Shown here: piece after piece, positions 20,234 through 30,678 of the stretch
Layout: each line of letters starts with the position of its first letter
Numbering within the stretch: the first letter of the stretch is position 1
Source: Bacteroidota bacterium
GTDB lineage: Bacteria; Bacteroidota; Bacteroidia; Chitinophagales; Chitinophagaceae
Length of the DNA stretch: 64,000 nucleotides
Reading direction: 5' to 3'
Assembly: GCA_947456625.1 (NCBI GenBank)
Contig: CANGQJ010000006.1
Location: 42,259 to 106,258 of the forward strand
Made by a program: the position numbers and the translations under genes
The notes under the pieces: generated by a model
Told to the model about the DNA's origin: nothing
What the model saw: only the letters and a program-made list of their open reading frames with translations
The model's database searches: none

Positions 20234-21958
20234 TTATAAATTTTGCTTTTTTAATTCAGCTACTGCATAATCAACAGCTCTTGCAGTAAGTGCCATATAA
20301 GTTAAACTAGGATTTACAGAATTAGATGAAACCATACAGGAGCCATCTGTTACAAATAAATTAGGAACACTGTGCACTTGATTATTTGCATTTAAAACCG
20401 AAGTTTTTGGGTCTCTTCCCATACGCGCAGTGCCCATTTCGTGAATGGAATTTCCTAGTGCTGTAGGATTATCAAAGGACTTTATATTTTTAAACCCTGC
20501 TTTTTCAAACATTTCTTCGGCGTCTGTTTTCATTTTTTTTCGCATGTTCCACTCGTTGTCTTTAAAGCCAGCATCCATCACTAATTGTGGAATGCCCCAT
20601 TTATCGGTAAGTGTTGGATGAAGCGTAACTTTATTTTCATGATAAGGCAATACTTCCCCAAATGCCATAATGCTTAAATGCCAATCCCCTGGGTTCATTA
20701 AACTGTCTTTAAATGAACCGCCTACACCCACTTCATTTACACCACGGTTCCAACTATCTCTAATGGCATCACCTCCTTGATAATTAAAACCTCTTTTAAA
20801 ACTTGCTTGTTTGGTTTGCTCGTTTAGATTTACATATTTTGGAATAAATAAACCTGCTGGCTTTCGTCCTTTGTAATAACTATCCTTCATGCCATCGTAA
20901 GATCCCATGGCACCCACATTATGATGATGGTCCATAACATTGTGTCCAAGTTCACCAGACTCGTTGCCTAACCCATTGGGATAACGATCCGATTTAGAAT
21001 GTAGTAATATTTGTGTACTTGCTAAAGTAGAAGCACATAAGAAAATTACTTTTGCATATACTTCAAAAGTTTTTTGCGTTTCACTATCAATAATTAAAAC
21101 TCCTTTTGCTTTATTGGAATTTTTATCTAGTATAATAGAGTGCACAACTGAATTTGGTCTGATAGTTAATTTGCCTGTATTATTAGCAGCAGGAAGTGTT
21201 GCAGCATTGCTACTAAAATATGCCCCAAATGGACAGCCTCTTCCACATCGGTTTCGGTTTTGGCAAGTGCCTCGTCCTAGTGCGGTATGCCAAGGTTTTG
21301 TTTCGGTTAAGTGTGCTACACGGCCCATCATTACTGGTCTTCCAGCAAAGCCATCCTGAACATGATCTGCAAAATGTTTTTCAATGCAATTCATTTCAAG
21401 GGGTTTTAAAAAATCACCATCGGGTAAATGTGGTAGGTTTCTTTTTTCGCCGGCAACACCAATAAAACGCTCTACATAACTATACCAGGGTGCAATATCT
21501 TTATAACGAATAGGCCAATCAATGGCAATACCTTCTTTAGCATTTGCTTCAAAGTCTAAGTCGGACCATCTGTAGGTATGTCTTCCCCAAGTAATGGAAC
21601 GGCCACCAACTTGATTGCCTCTAAACCAATCAAACCTTTGAACTTCCTGGTATGGATTTTCTAAATCATTGGTAAAAAAATTGCTAGAAAAAGCGTTGAT
21701 ATAACCACTACGTGCTTGAACATGTTGTTTTGCTTTGTCTTCATCCGAAAGCATGCCTCTAAATGTTTCATCCCAAGCATCCTTGTTTGCGTTTGGATAA
21801 TCCTTAATATGATTCACCATATTTCCTTTTTCTAAAACCAAGGTGCTCAAACCCTTTTCACATAATTCTTTAGCTGCCCAACCTCCTGTGATACCGGAAC
21901 CAATGACAATGGCATCGTAGGTATTTGTTGCGTTTAAGCTTGTATTAAATGGCTCCAT
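20234..21958 (-). CDS. GMC family flavoprotein oxidoreductase (glycoside 3-dehydrogenase-like)
   Basis: GSGITG FAD motif, Cys cluster CQNRNRCGRGC, HEMGTARMG and NPSLTYMAL. Confidence 0.92.
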   Translation of the reverse strand: MEPFNTSLNATNTYDAIVIGSGITGGWAAKELCEKGLSTLVLEKGNMVNHIKDYPNANKDAWDETFRGMLSDEDKAKQHVQARSGYINAFSSNFFTNDLENPYQEVQRFDWFRGNQVGGRSITWGRHTYRWSDLDFEANAKEGIAIDWPIRYKDIAPWYSYVERFIGVAGEKRNLPHLPDGDFLKPLEMNCIEKHFADHVQDGFAGRPVMMGRVAHLTETKPWHTALGRGTCQNRNRCGRGCPFGAYFSSNAATLPAANNTGKLTIRPNSVVHSIILDKNSNKAKGVLIIDSETQKTFEVYAKVIFLCASTLASTQILLHSKSDRYPNGLGNESGELGHNVMDHHHNVGAMGSYDGMKDSYYKGRKPAGLFIPKYVNLNEQTKQASFKRGFNYQGGDAIRDSWNRGVNEVGVGGSFKDSLMNPGDWHLSIMAFGEVLPYHENKVTLHPTLTDKWGIPQLVMDAGFKDNEWNMRKKMKTDAEEMFEKAGFKNIKSFDNPTALGNSIHEMGTARMGRDPKTSVLNANNQVHSVPNLFVTDGSCMVSSNSVNPSLTYMALTARAVDYAVAELKKQNL

Positions 21959-22133
21959 TTTATTTATAAATCTTTAGATAAAAATAGACATAGTATATCA
22001 TTAGCAATTTAAGGTATTTTGTGCATTTTTTTGGGTATAAAATCAGGTAGGTTCATGACAGTATTTTGTTTAGCAATTTTTATATTGCATGAAGTACGAT
22101 TGCCACAATTTCAATTTATATAATTTTATTGCC

Positions 22134-23477
22134 ATGAGATATTATCTTCCTTTTTTATTTGTAGGACTTTTTGTGTTAGCAGGTAGTGAAGTGAATGCAC
22201 AAAAGTTAACCGATGCCAATACGCCCTTACATGCATTAAAACCAGACTATCCAGTGTCTTATGAAATTCCAAAAGTGAGTACTGTTAAGGAAAAGCTGGA
22301 CATTATATTTGATTACTTAAACAAAGTAACACCGGCACAATTAATAAATAAACAAACTGGAACCGAGGTTGAAATTTCAAAAATAGATACCAATACTATT
22401 TTTAAACCTGGTGATTTTAGATTAACAAGTTATGAGTGGGGCGTAACTTATAGTGGCATGCTTGCCATAGGAAAAGCTACAGGAGACGAAAGGTACACCA
22501 AGTATAGTGCAGACAGGCTTGGTTTAATGGGTGCAAGCTATGCAAGTTTTAAGCAATTGTATGACAAATACCATAGCAGAAATAATCCCATGCATTCTGT
22601 GATTGATCCCCGCGCTTTGGACGATGCAGGTGCTATGTGTGCTGCTATTTTAAAAACATTGCAAGTAAGTAATAATCAAAATTTAAAACCACTTGCCGAT
22701 AATTTTTTACAATACATTTCCAATAAGCAACAACGTTTTCCGGATGGAACATTAGCAAGAAACAGACCACAACCCAATACACTTTGGTTGGATGATTTAT
22801 TTATGAGTGTTCCTGCTTTAGCGCAGGCTGGGAAATACACTGGTAATAAAGTTTATTATGACGATGCAGTAAAACAAGTATTGCAATTTTCAACACGCAT
22901 GTTTGACAAAGAAAAAAACTTGTACATGCATGGATGGGTTGCTGGCATGAGTGTGCATCCTGAATTTCATTGGGCAAGAGCCAATGGCTGGGCGGTTTTA
23001 ACCATGGTTGAATTACTTGATGTATTACCTGCAGACCATCCCAATAGAGATGCTATTTTACAACAATTACGATTACATGTAAAAGGCTTAGCTGCTTATC
23101 AAACTGGATTTGGTTTTTGGCATCAACTCATTGATAAAAATGATAGCTACTTAGAAACCTCGGCAACGGCAATTTATTGTTATGCTATGGCAAGAGCTAT
23201 TAATAATAAATGGATAGATGCAAAAGCATATGCACCTAGTGTAATTCTTGCTTGGAATGCAGTGGCTACTAAAATAAATAAAGAAGGACAAGTAGAGGGT
23301 ACTTGTGTTGGAACCGGCATGGCATTTGATCCAGCATTTTATTATTACAGGCCCATAAGTGTGTACGCTGCACATGGCTATGGTCCAGTGTTACTAGCAG
23401 GTGCCGAGCTTATTAATATGTTAAACACGCATCAATTTGAGATGAATGATAGTGCCATTCATTTATTAGATAATTAG
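22134..23477 (+). CDS. GH105 unsaturated rhamnogalacturonyl hydrolase
   Basis: YEWG, LDD, WLDDLFM, WARANGW and ETSATA motifs; signal peptide begins at the ATG at 22134 (ORF track 22089). Confidence 0.9.
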   Translation: MRYYLPFLFVGLFVLAGSEVNAQKLTDANTPLHALKPDYPVSYEIPKVSTVKEKLDIIFDYLNKVTPAQLINKQTGTEVEISKIDTNTIFKPGDFRLTSYEWGVTYSGMLAIGKATGDERYTKYSADRLGLMGASYASFKQLYDKYHSRNNPMHSVIDPRALDDAGAMCAAILKTLQVSNNQNLKPLADNFLQYISNKQQRFPDGTLARNRPQPNTLWLDDLFMSVPALAQAGKYTGNKVYYDDAVKQVLQFSTRMFDKEKNLYMHGWVAGMSVHPEFHWARANGWAVLTMVELLDVLPADHPNRDAILQQLRLHVKGLAAYQTGFGFWHQLIDKNDSYLETSATAIYCYAMARAINNKWIDAKAYAPSVILAWNAVATKINKEGQVEGTCVGTGMAFDPAFYYYRPISVYAAHGYGPVLLAGAELINMLNTHQFEMNDSAIHLLDN

Positions 23478-23491
23478 TTAAAATTAAACAC

Positions 23492-24817
23492 ATGATGATA
23501 AAGCAATCTTTTTTAGTTTTTGTTTTATGTTGTTTATACACCAACAGCAATGCACAAATTCATAAACGTTTTTCATTTGGCGCTACGCAAAATATACAAG
23601 GTTATATAAATGTTTTGCCCACTAATTTGTATAATAATGAACTGGGATATGGTTTTGAATCCTTAGAGAGTATTACCTCAGTGCATAGGGGTGGTCAAAA
23701 ATTAGGATCTGATTTTATCACAGGCAATAAGCCGTTTTATTTTTCGGTAAATCTTCCCGAAGGAAATTATCAGGTTACACTTTTAATGGGTGATAGTAAA
23801 GGAACCAGCACTTCAACCATACGAGTGGAGTGTCGCCGATTAATGATTGAAAAAGTTTCCACTGCTTTTGGTGAACACAAAAAACTTGCATTTACAGTAC
23901 ATATTAGAGATAGTGTAAATCATTTAACGGGATTGCCTGTAAAATTAAAGCCACGCGAAAAGCCCTATTTTCATTGGGACAATAAACTCACTTTTGAATT
24001 AAATAATAGTAGTGCTAAAATTGCTGCACTAGAAATTAGTAGTGATACCAAAGTGCCTACTATTTTTTTAGCGGGCAATTCAACTGTAGTGGATCAGGCC
24101 GAAGAGCCTTGGGCTTCCTGGGGACAAATGATTCCTAATTTTTTTAAACCTGGAACTGTTGCTGTTGCTAATTATGCCGAGTCTGGGGAAACCTTAAAAG
24201 CATTTGAACAGGAAGGAAGGTTATCAAAATTATGGACCTTATCTAAACCAGGGGACTATTTATTTATAGAGTTTGCCCACAACGATCAAAAGCCTGGTGC
24301 CAATCATTTGGACCCTTTTACTAGTTACCAACAAACATTAACCAATTGGGTGGAGCAGGCAAAACAAAAAGGAGTGCAACCAGTTTTTGTAACTTCTACT
24401 AATAGGCGCACATTTGATAGCACAGGTCATATTTATAATTCATTAGGAGATTATCCCGAGGCCATGCGTCAACTTGCAAATAAATTAAATGTGCCTTTAA
24501 TTGATTTAAATCAAATGTCTAAATTATTTTATGAAGCACTAGGCCCTACTGAATCTACCAAAGCTTTTGTATATTTTAAAGCCAATACATATCCGAATCA
24601 CACCACCGATGTAAAAGACGATACGCACTTTAATACTTATGGGGCCTATGTATTAGCAAAATGTGTTGCTAAAGGAATACAGGAAAAAATCCCTTCCCTT
24701 GCAAAACATTTAAATAACAATTTTAAAAAATTTAATCCTGCTCAACCTGAAAATCCATCCACATTTCATTTACCTGAAGGTTTGTATACAGGTGGTTTAA
24801 AACCAGACGGCAATTAA
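23492..24817 (+). CDS. Rhamnogalacturonan acetylesterase (CE12) with N-terminal beta-sandwich
   Basis: GNSTVVDQ, SWGQM, NYAESG, FAHNDQK and DDTH motifs. Confidence 0.88.
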   Translation: MMIKQSFLVFVLCCLYTNSNAQIHKRFSFGATQNIQGYINVLPTNLYNNELGYGFESLESITSVHRGGQKLGSDFITGNKPFYFSVNLPEGNYQVTLLMGDSKGTSTSTIRVECRRLMIEKVSTAFGEHKKLAFTVHIRDSVNHLTGLPVKLKPREKPYFHWDNKLTFELNNSSAKIAALEISSDTKVPTIFLAGNSTVVDQAEEPWASWGQMIPNFFKPGTVAVANYAESGETLKAFEQEGRLSKLWTLSKPGDYLFIEFAHNDQKPGANHLDPFTSYQQTLTNWVEQAKQKGVQPVFVTSTNRRTFDSTGHIYNSLGDYPEAMRQLANKLNVPLIDLNQMSKLFYEALGPTESTKAFVYFKANTYPNHTTDVKDDTHFNTYGAYVLAKCVAKGIQEKIPSLAKHLNNNFKKFNPAQPENPSTFHLPEGLYTGGLKPDGN

Positions 24818-24819
24818 AA

Positions 24820-25698
24820 TTATTTTTGAAGCGCTAACCAATTTAATAAAAGTGAGGGCCAGTTTTCAAGTCCCGCCTTTCCAAGTGCCATTCCAAAACC
24901 ATGTCCTCCTGTTGGATAAATATGCATTTCGGCAGATACTTTATTGTTTTTTAAACTTTGATAATAAAGTAAACTGTTTTCAACAGGTACCGAAGTATCA
25001 TCCGAAGCGTGTACAACAAATGTAGGCGGTGTTTGAGCTGTTACATTAAATTCGTTGGAATATAATTTTATTAATTCTTTACTTGGTTGTAATCCAATTA
25101 AATTATTTCTGGATCCCATATGCGCAATAGTTTTATCCATAGAAATCACAGGATAAATTAAAACACTAAAATTAGGACGGGTATCTTCTTCAAAATTAGT
25201 AGACAAAGTAGAGGCTAAATGGCCACCTGCCGAAAAGCCCATAATACCAACGCGGTTTGTTTGAATATTAAATTCTTTTGCTCTTTCTCTCACTATCTTA
25301 ATGGCTTGTTTGGCATCTAGTAAAGGCACTTTGTCGGGACTTGTGCTTGTAAGGGAATCGGGAAGCCTATATTTTAATACAAAAGCTGCTATGCCGTGTG
25401 CGTTTAACAGTTTAGCAAAATCAATTCCCTCCCAATCGTAGGCAATTCTGGAATAACCACCTCCAGGACATATAATTACTGCTTGTCCGTTGGCACTTCG
25501 CTTATTAGGCAAAAACACTTCTAACTGAGGCACTTGCACCTTACTAATTCTAGTAATTTCGGTAGTCTCTACATTTTCGGTTATGCTATTTGGGATACTT
25601 AAGGGTATTTTACCTGCGGGCCATAGGTCTATTTTCATATTTTGACTATTAGATTTTATTGCAAAAAGAAGCATGAATAAAGCAAGCCATTTTTTCAT
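24820..25698 (-). CDS. Alpha/beta-hydrolase esterase (BD-FAE-like acetyl esterase)
   Basis: PGGGY oxyanion motif, GFSAGG nucleophile, D..V and GGHGFG. Confidence 0.88.
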   Translation of the reverse strand: MKKWLALFMLLFAIKSNSQNMKIDLWPAGKIPLSIPNSITENVETTEITRISKVQVPQLEVFLPNKRSANGQAVIICPGGGYSRIAYDWEGIDFAKLLNAHGIAAFVLKYRLPDSLTSTSPDKVPLLDAKQAIKIVRERAKEFNIQTNRVGIMGFSAGGHLASTLSTNFEEDTRPNFSVLIYPVISMDKTIAHMGSRNNLIGLQPSKELIKLYSNEFNVTAQTPPTFVVHASDDTSVPVENSLLYYQSLKNNKVSAEMHIYPTGGHGFGMALGKAGLENWPSLLLNWLALQK

Positions 25699-25829
25699 AA
25701 TGTGGTATTTGAGTCCTTAAATTACTTAAAAAAATTGATTCATGTAATTCAGGACGCAACATGATGGCAAACTCTAATAAAATATTTAAATTGAATACCT
25801 AAGAAAATTGCTAATTAACGATTGCCTGC

Positions 25830-27962
25830 ATGAAACGTATCTGGATTTTGATGGGTTTATATTGTGTCGTATTTTTTGCCACTGCGCAAAAAATTAACAG
25901 GTATGCATTAATGCAACGTCACAATGTGCATGTGCTTAAATGGGATAGTTTGTCGGCACTTACTGTTGGCAATGGAAAATTTGCTTTCACAACCGATATT
26001 ACCGGATTGCAATCTTTTCCACTAGCTTATAAAAACGGAATTAGTTTGGGCACAGAGTCCAACTGGGGATGGCACTCCTTTGTGGACAGTTTAAATTTAA
26101 AACGAACCGATGCGTTAAAACAATTTACATTAAATGGAAAAGAGGTTAGCTATTTAGTACAGTGGAATGATGCAGGGAAACACAAACAAGCATCGGAATG
26201 GTTTCGTCAAAATCCACATAGGTTGCAGCTTGGAAATGTTGGATTTAAGTTTATAAAAAATAACGGAAACATTGCTAGTATTGATGACATTAAAAATGTG
26301 CATCAGTGGCTGGATATTTATACGGGCACTATTTATTCTAATTTTACTTTTGAAAATGAACTAGTAAATGTTACAACTTTTTGCAATCCTAAACTGGATC
26401 AAATTCAGGTTCAAGTAAAATCAAATTTACTAAAACAAAAAAAGCTTCAACTGCAAATTCAATTCCCTTATCCAACTGGTGCTTGGGGTGACGAGGGTGT
26501 TTTGTACTGTGAAAATAAACATATAAGTGCATTGCAATCTCAAAGCAAACAACAAGCAATTCTTGTACATAGTTTAGATACCACAAACTATTTTGTAAAC
26601 ATGCATTGGTCCCAACAGGCGCAAGTGCTTAAAGCTAGTGCACATGTATTTGTGGTAACTCCAATTGTAAATGATACTACATGGAACTGCAGTATTGAAT
26701 TTACTAATCAACAAAATAAGGAAGCAGCAACTGCTTATAATTACCAGTTAGTACAAATGGAAAATAACAAGTCATGGAAAAATTATTGGCAAAATGCTGC
26801 TGCCATTGATTTTACGGGCTCAACCGATACGAGTGCTTTTGAAATAGAGCGAAGAGTAGTGCTTTCTCAATATTTAATGCATGTCCAAGAGGATGGCAGT
26901 GTTCCTCCGCAGGAAACAGGGCTTATTAATAATAGCTGGTATGGAAAACCACACTTGGAAATGACTTGGTGGCATTTAGCGCATTATGGATTATGGAATG
27001 GAAACAAGCAACTTGAAAATATTTTAAATTGGTATCAACAAGTAAGTCCTAAGGCAATTGCAATTGCAAAGCGTCAGGGATACCAAGGTGCAAGATGGCA
27101 AAAAATGACCGACTTAAATGGGGACGAAGTGCCCTCTACGGTGGGTGCTTTTTTAATTTGGCAACAACCACATCCTATTTATTTTGCAGCATTATGTTAT
27201 CGTGCTAATCCCAATAAAGCTACTTTAGAAAAATTTAAATCATTGGTTTTTTTAACTGCTAATTTTATGTGTAGTTTTGCAAACTATGATTCGGTTTCTA
27301 AAATGTATCATTTAGGTAAGGGTGTTATAGCTGCACAAGAACGGTATAAACCTGAGGAAACTTTTAATCCCACTTATGAATTAGTATATTGGAAATGGGC
27401 ATTACAAGTGGCGCAGAATTGGCGCATTAAATTAAAGCTTCCCATTAATAAAAACTGGCAAAATATTATTGATCATTTAGCTACACTTCCGGTTCAGGAT
27501 GGAAAATATTTATTTACTCAAAACGCTACGGACTCTTACACCAATCCAAAATTAAAAACCGATCATCCTTCGGTGCTTGCTGCCTATGGTGTGATGCCTT
27601 TAACTGGGCAGGTGAATCAAAAAATAATGGATTCCACTTTTACATGGATTTGGAATCATTGGGACTGGAAAGATACCTGGGGTTGGGATTTCCCAATGAC
27701 AGCCATGACTGCCACTAGGCTTGGTAAACCACAACTCGCAGTTGATGCACTGCTTATGCCAATTAAAACAAATACCTATTTGCCCAATGGTCACAACTAT
27801 CAGGACAATAGGTTAAGATTATATATGCCAGGAAATGGAGGACTATTAACAGCAATTGCAATGATGGTTGCGGGATATGACGGAGCTACTGAAAAATTAC
27901 CGGGTATACCCAAAAATGGGAAATGGAAAGTACGCTACGAGGGTTTAAAACAAATGCCTTAA
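25830..27962 (+). CDS. Secreted putative glycoside hydrolase, six-hairpin (GH65/GH95-like) fold, family unassigned
   Basis: Signal peptide; LTVGNG N-terminus, PPQETGL..NSWYGKPHLE, DHPS, WGWDFP and PGNGGLL; PUL context. Confidence 0.6.
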   Translation: MKRIWILMGLYCVVFFATAQKINRYALMQRHNVHVLKWDSLSALTVGNGKFAFTTDITGLQSFPLAYKNGISLGTESNWGWHSFVDSLNLKRTDALKQFTLNGKEVSYLVQWNDAGKHKQASEWFRQNPHRLQLGNVGFKFIKNNGNIASIDDIKNVHQWLDIYTGTIYSNFTFENELVNVTTFCNPKLDQIQVQVKSNLLKQKKLQLQIQFPYPTGAWGDEGVLYCENKHISALQSQSKQQAILVHSLDTTNYFVNMHWSQQAQVLKASAHVFVVTPIVNDTTWNCSIEFTNQQNKEAATAYNYQLVQMENNKSWKNYWQNAAAIDFTGSTDTSAFEIERRVVLSQYLMHVQEDGSVPPQETGLINNSWYGKPHLEMTWWHLAHYGLWNGNKQLENILNWYQQVSPKAIAIAKRQGYQGARWQKMTDLNGDEVPSTVGAFLIWQQPHPIYFAALCYRANPNKATLEKFKSLVFLTANFMCSFANYDSVSKMYHLGKGVIAAQERYKPEETFNPTYELVYWKWALQVAQNWRIKLKLPINKNWQNIIDHLATLPVQDGKYLFTQNATDSYTNPKLKTDHPSVLAAYGVMPLTGQVNQKIMDSTFTWIWNHWDWKDTWGWDFPMTAMTATRLGKPQLAVDALLMPIKTNTYLPNGHNYQDNRLRLYMPGNGGLLTAIAMMVAGYDGATEKLPGIPKNGKWKVRYEGLKQMP

Positions 27963-27988
27963 ATTATAAATTATTAAATAAAGGGAAT

Positions 27989-29110
27989 ATGAAAAAATGG
28001 GTTGCTTTTACTATTTTAATGACTTGCTTTTTGCAAACAAAAGCGCAGTTTATACCCAATAAAAAAGCTTTACTAACAAATATGCAAAAGGCCAATCAAT
28101 ATTTTATGGACAAGTGGCCGGATGCAGGTAAAACTATTATCACCAATAAGGAGCGTCAAAGTACAATATGGACTAGGTCTGTTTATTATGAAGGACTTAT
28201 GGCATTGTACACAATTGATGCGCAAAAAAAATATTATGACTATGCCGTGCAATGGGGCGATAAACACAATTGGAAATTAGTATGGGGTGCAAATATTAGA
28301 AATGCCGACAATCATTGTGCAGGACAAACCTATATTGATTTGTATTTAATAGACAAACAACCAGAAAGAATTAAAGATATTAAATCGTCCATAGATTTAA
28401 TGGTACAGTCAGATAAAAAAGACGATTGGTCCTGGGTAGATGCACTTCAAATGGCAATGCCTGTGTTTACAAAGTTAGGCGTACTATATAATGATAGTAG
28501 TTATTTTACAAAAATGTATGAGCTGTATTCGTTTACTAAAAACAATCATGGTACCAACGGATTGTATAATAAACAGGAGCATTTGTGGTGGAGAGACAAA
28601 GATTTTGTACCTCCTTATCAAGAGCCTAATGGTAAAAATTGTTATTGGAGTAGGGGTAACGGATGGGCATTAGCCGCACTTGCAAGGACTTTAAATGATT
28701 TACCAAAAAGTAATTCGCATTATAATGAATACTTAAAGGATTTTATAGATTTATCTGAGGCTTTATTGCCTTTGCAACGTGCAGATGGATTTTGGAATGT
28801 GAGTTTGCAGGACCCTTCCCACTTTGAAGGGAAAGAAACTTCAGGCACAGCCTTGTTTGCTTATGGTTTTGCATGGGGGGTTAATCATGGAATTTTAAAC
28901 AAGAAAAAATATTTACCCGCAATTGTAAATGCATGGAACGGTATGGCTTCCTATGCACTGCATGAGAATGGAGCGCTGGGTTATGTTCAAAGTACAGGTA
29001 AGGAACCTAAGGATGGACAACCAGTAAGCTTTGACCATTTTCCCGATTTTGAGGATTATGGACTTGGTGCCTTTTTACTTGCAGGGACTGAAATTTATAA
29101 AATGAAATAA
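27989..29110 (+). CDS. GH105 (GH88/105) unsaturated uronyl hydrolase
   Basis: ADNHC, WVDALQM, WSRGNGW and ETSGT motifs; signal peptide from the ATG at 27989 (ORF track 27923). Confidence 0.88.
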   Translation: MKKWVAFTILMTCFLQTKAQFIPNKKALLTNMQKANQYFMDKWPDAGKTIITNKERQSTIWTRSVYYEGLMALYTIDAQKKYYDYAVQWGDKHNWKLVWGANIRNADNHCAGQTYIDLYLIDKQPERIKDIKSSIDLMVQSDKKDDWSWVDALQMAMPVFTKLGVLYNDSSYFTKMYELYSFTKNNHGTNGLYNKQEHLWWRDKDFVPPYQEPNGKNCYWSRGNGWALAALARTLNDLPKSNSHYNEYLKDFIDLSEALLPLQRADGFWNVSLQDPSHFEGKETSGTALFAYGFAWGVNHGILNKKKYLPAIVNAWNGMASYALHENGALGYVQSTGKEPKDGQPVSFDHFPDFEDYGLGAFLLAGTEIYKMK

Positions 29111-29134
29111 ATTAGTTACCCATAAATTTAAAAC

Positions 29135-30673
29135 ATGAAAAAAATAATCTTTCTTTTATTATGCATGATTTCCATTAATGGTTTTGCGCAAAATGAAATT
29201 GTAGTAAATGTAGATTTAGGAAAAGAAAAAATTAATAAAAATATTTACGGACATTTTGCCGAGCACTTAGGTAATTGTATATACAATGGTTTTTATGTTG
29301 GAGATACCAATAAATTAATTCCAAATACCAATGGGGTAAGAAATGATTTAATACAAGCTTTAAAAGAATTAAAAGTACCAGTATTAAGATGGCCTGGTGG
29401 TTGCTTTGCAGATACCTACCAATGGAAAGATGGAGTAGGACCAAAAAATAAGAGACCTGCCATGGTAAATCGTTGGTGGGGTGGAGTTACGGAAGACAAT
29501 AGTTTTGGTACACACGACTTTTTAAATATGTGTGAACTCATGGGTGCCGATCCTTATTTAGCAGCAAACGTAGGAAGTGGAACCGTGCAAAATTTAATTG
29601 ACTGGACGCAGTATGTAAATGGGAAACCAGGATCAAGTCCAATGAGTAAATGGAGAACCGATAACGGTAGAGAAAATCCTTGGAATGTAAAAATTTGGGG
29701 TGTTGGAAATGAAGCCTGGGGTTGTGGTGGTAATATGAAACCCGAATACTATGCCAATATTTACAGACAGTATTCCACTTTTATGGGTGACTGGACCAAT
29801 GGGGAGCATTTGTTTAGAGTGGCTTCTGGCTCAAGTGGAAGTGATTACAATTGGACCGAAGTTTTAATGCGTGATATTCCTCATAATTTAATGGAAGGCA
29901 TTGCACTGCATCATTATGCAGTAATAGATTGGAATGCAAAAGGATCTGCAACTGCCTTTGATGAAAAGCAATATTTTACAATTATTAGAAATGCTTTACA
30001 AATGGAGGAACTAGTGACAAGACATTCCACTATTATGGATAAATATGATCCTAAAAAGAAAGTGGCCTTAGTAGTGGACGAGTGGGGTGGCTGGTATGAG
30101 GTAGAGCCAGGAACCAATCCAGGATTTTTATATCAACAAAACACTATTCGCGATGCAATGATTGCGGGCGTGACTTTAAATATTTTCAATAATCATTGTG
30201 ATAGGGTGCGAATGGCCAATTTAGCACAAATAGTAAATGTATTGCAAGCGGTTATTTTAACCAAAGGCACTTCCATTATTAAAACACCTACTTACCATGT
30301 AATGGAAATGTACAATGTGCACCAGGATGCAACCATGCTCCCTTTAAATTTAAAGACAGCGGAATATATTTTTGGAAACGAAAAATTACCAGCAGTATCT
30401 GCTTCGGCTTCAAAGGATAAACAAGGGGTTACTCATATAAGTCTTGTAAATATTGATCCCGCTAAATCACAGGAAATTATGGTTGAGATGCGTGGTGAAA
30501 AATATACTTCGGTAACTGGCCGAATTTTAAGTTCTAAAAAAGTACAGGATTATAATTCATTTGAAAATCCGGATGCCATTAAGCCAGTAGTATTTAATGG
30601 CGCTAAAATGTCTAATAATAAACTCACCATTCAACTCCCACCTAATGCAGTAGTGGTATTGACTTTAAAGTAA
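29135..30673 (+). CDS. Alpha-L-arabinofuranosidase (GH51)
   Basis: YGHFAEHLG, RWPGGCFAD, GNE, DEWG and ANLAQIVNVLQ. Confidence 0.95.
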   Translation: MKKIIFLLLCMISINGFAQNEIVVNVDLGKEKINKNIYGHFAEHLGNCIYNGFYVGDTNKLIPNTNGVRNDLIQALKELKVPVLRWPGGCFADTYQWKDGVGPKNKRPAMVNRWWGGVTEDNSFGTHDFLNMCELMGADPYLAANVGSGTVQNLIDWTQYVNGKPGSSPMSKWRTDNGRENPWNVKIWGVGNEAWGCGGNMKPEYYANIYRQYSTFMGDWTNGEHLFRVASGSSGSDYNWTEVLMRDIPHNLMEGIALHHYAVIDWNAKGSATAFDEKQYFTIIRNALQMEELVTRHSTIMDKYDPKKKVALVVDEWGGWYEVEPGTNPGFLYQQNTIRDAMIAGVTLNIFNNHCDRVRMANLAQIVNVLQAVILTKGTSIIKTPTYHVMEMYNVHQDATMLPLNLKTAEYIFGNEKLPAVSASASKDKQGVTHISLVNIDPAKSQEIMVEMRGEKYTSVTGRILSSKKVQDYNSFENPDAIKPVVFNGAKMSNNKLTIQLPPNAVVVLTLK

Positions 30674-30678
30674 TTACA

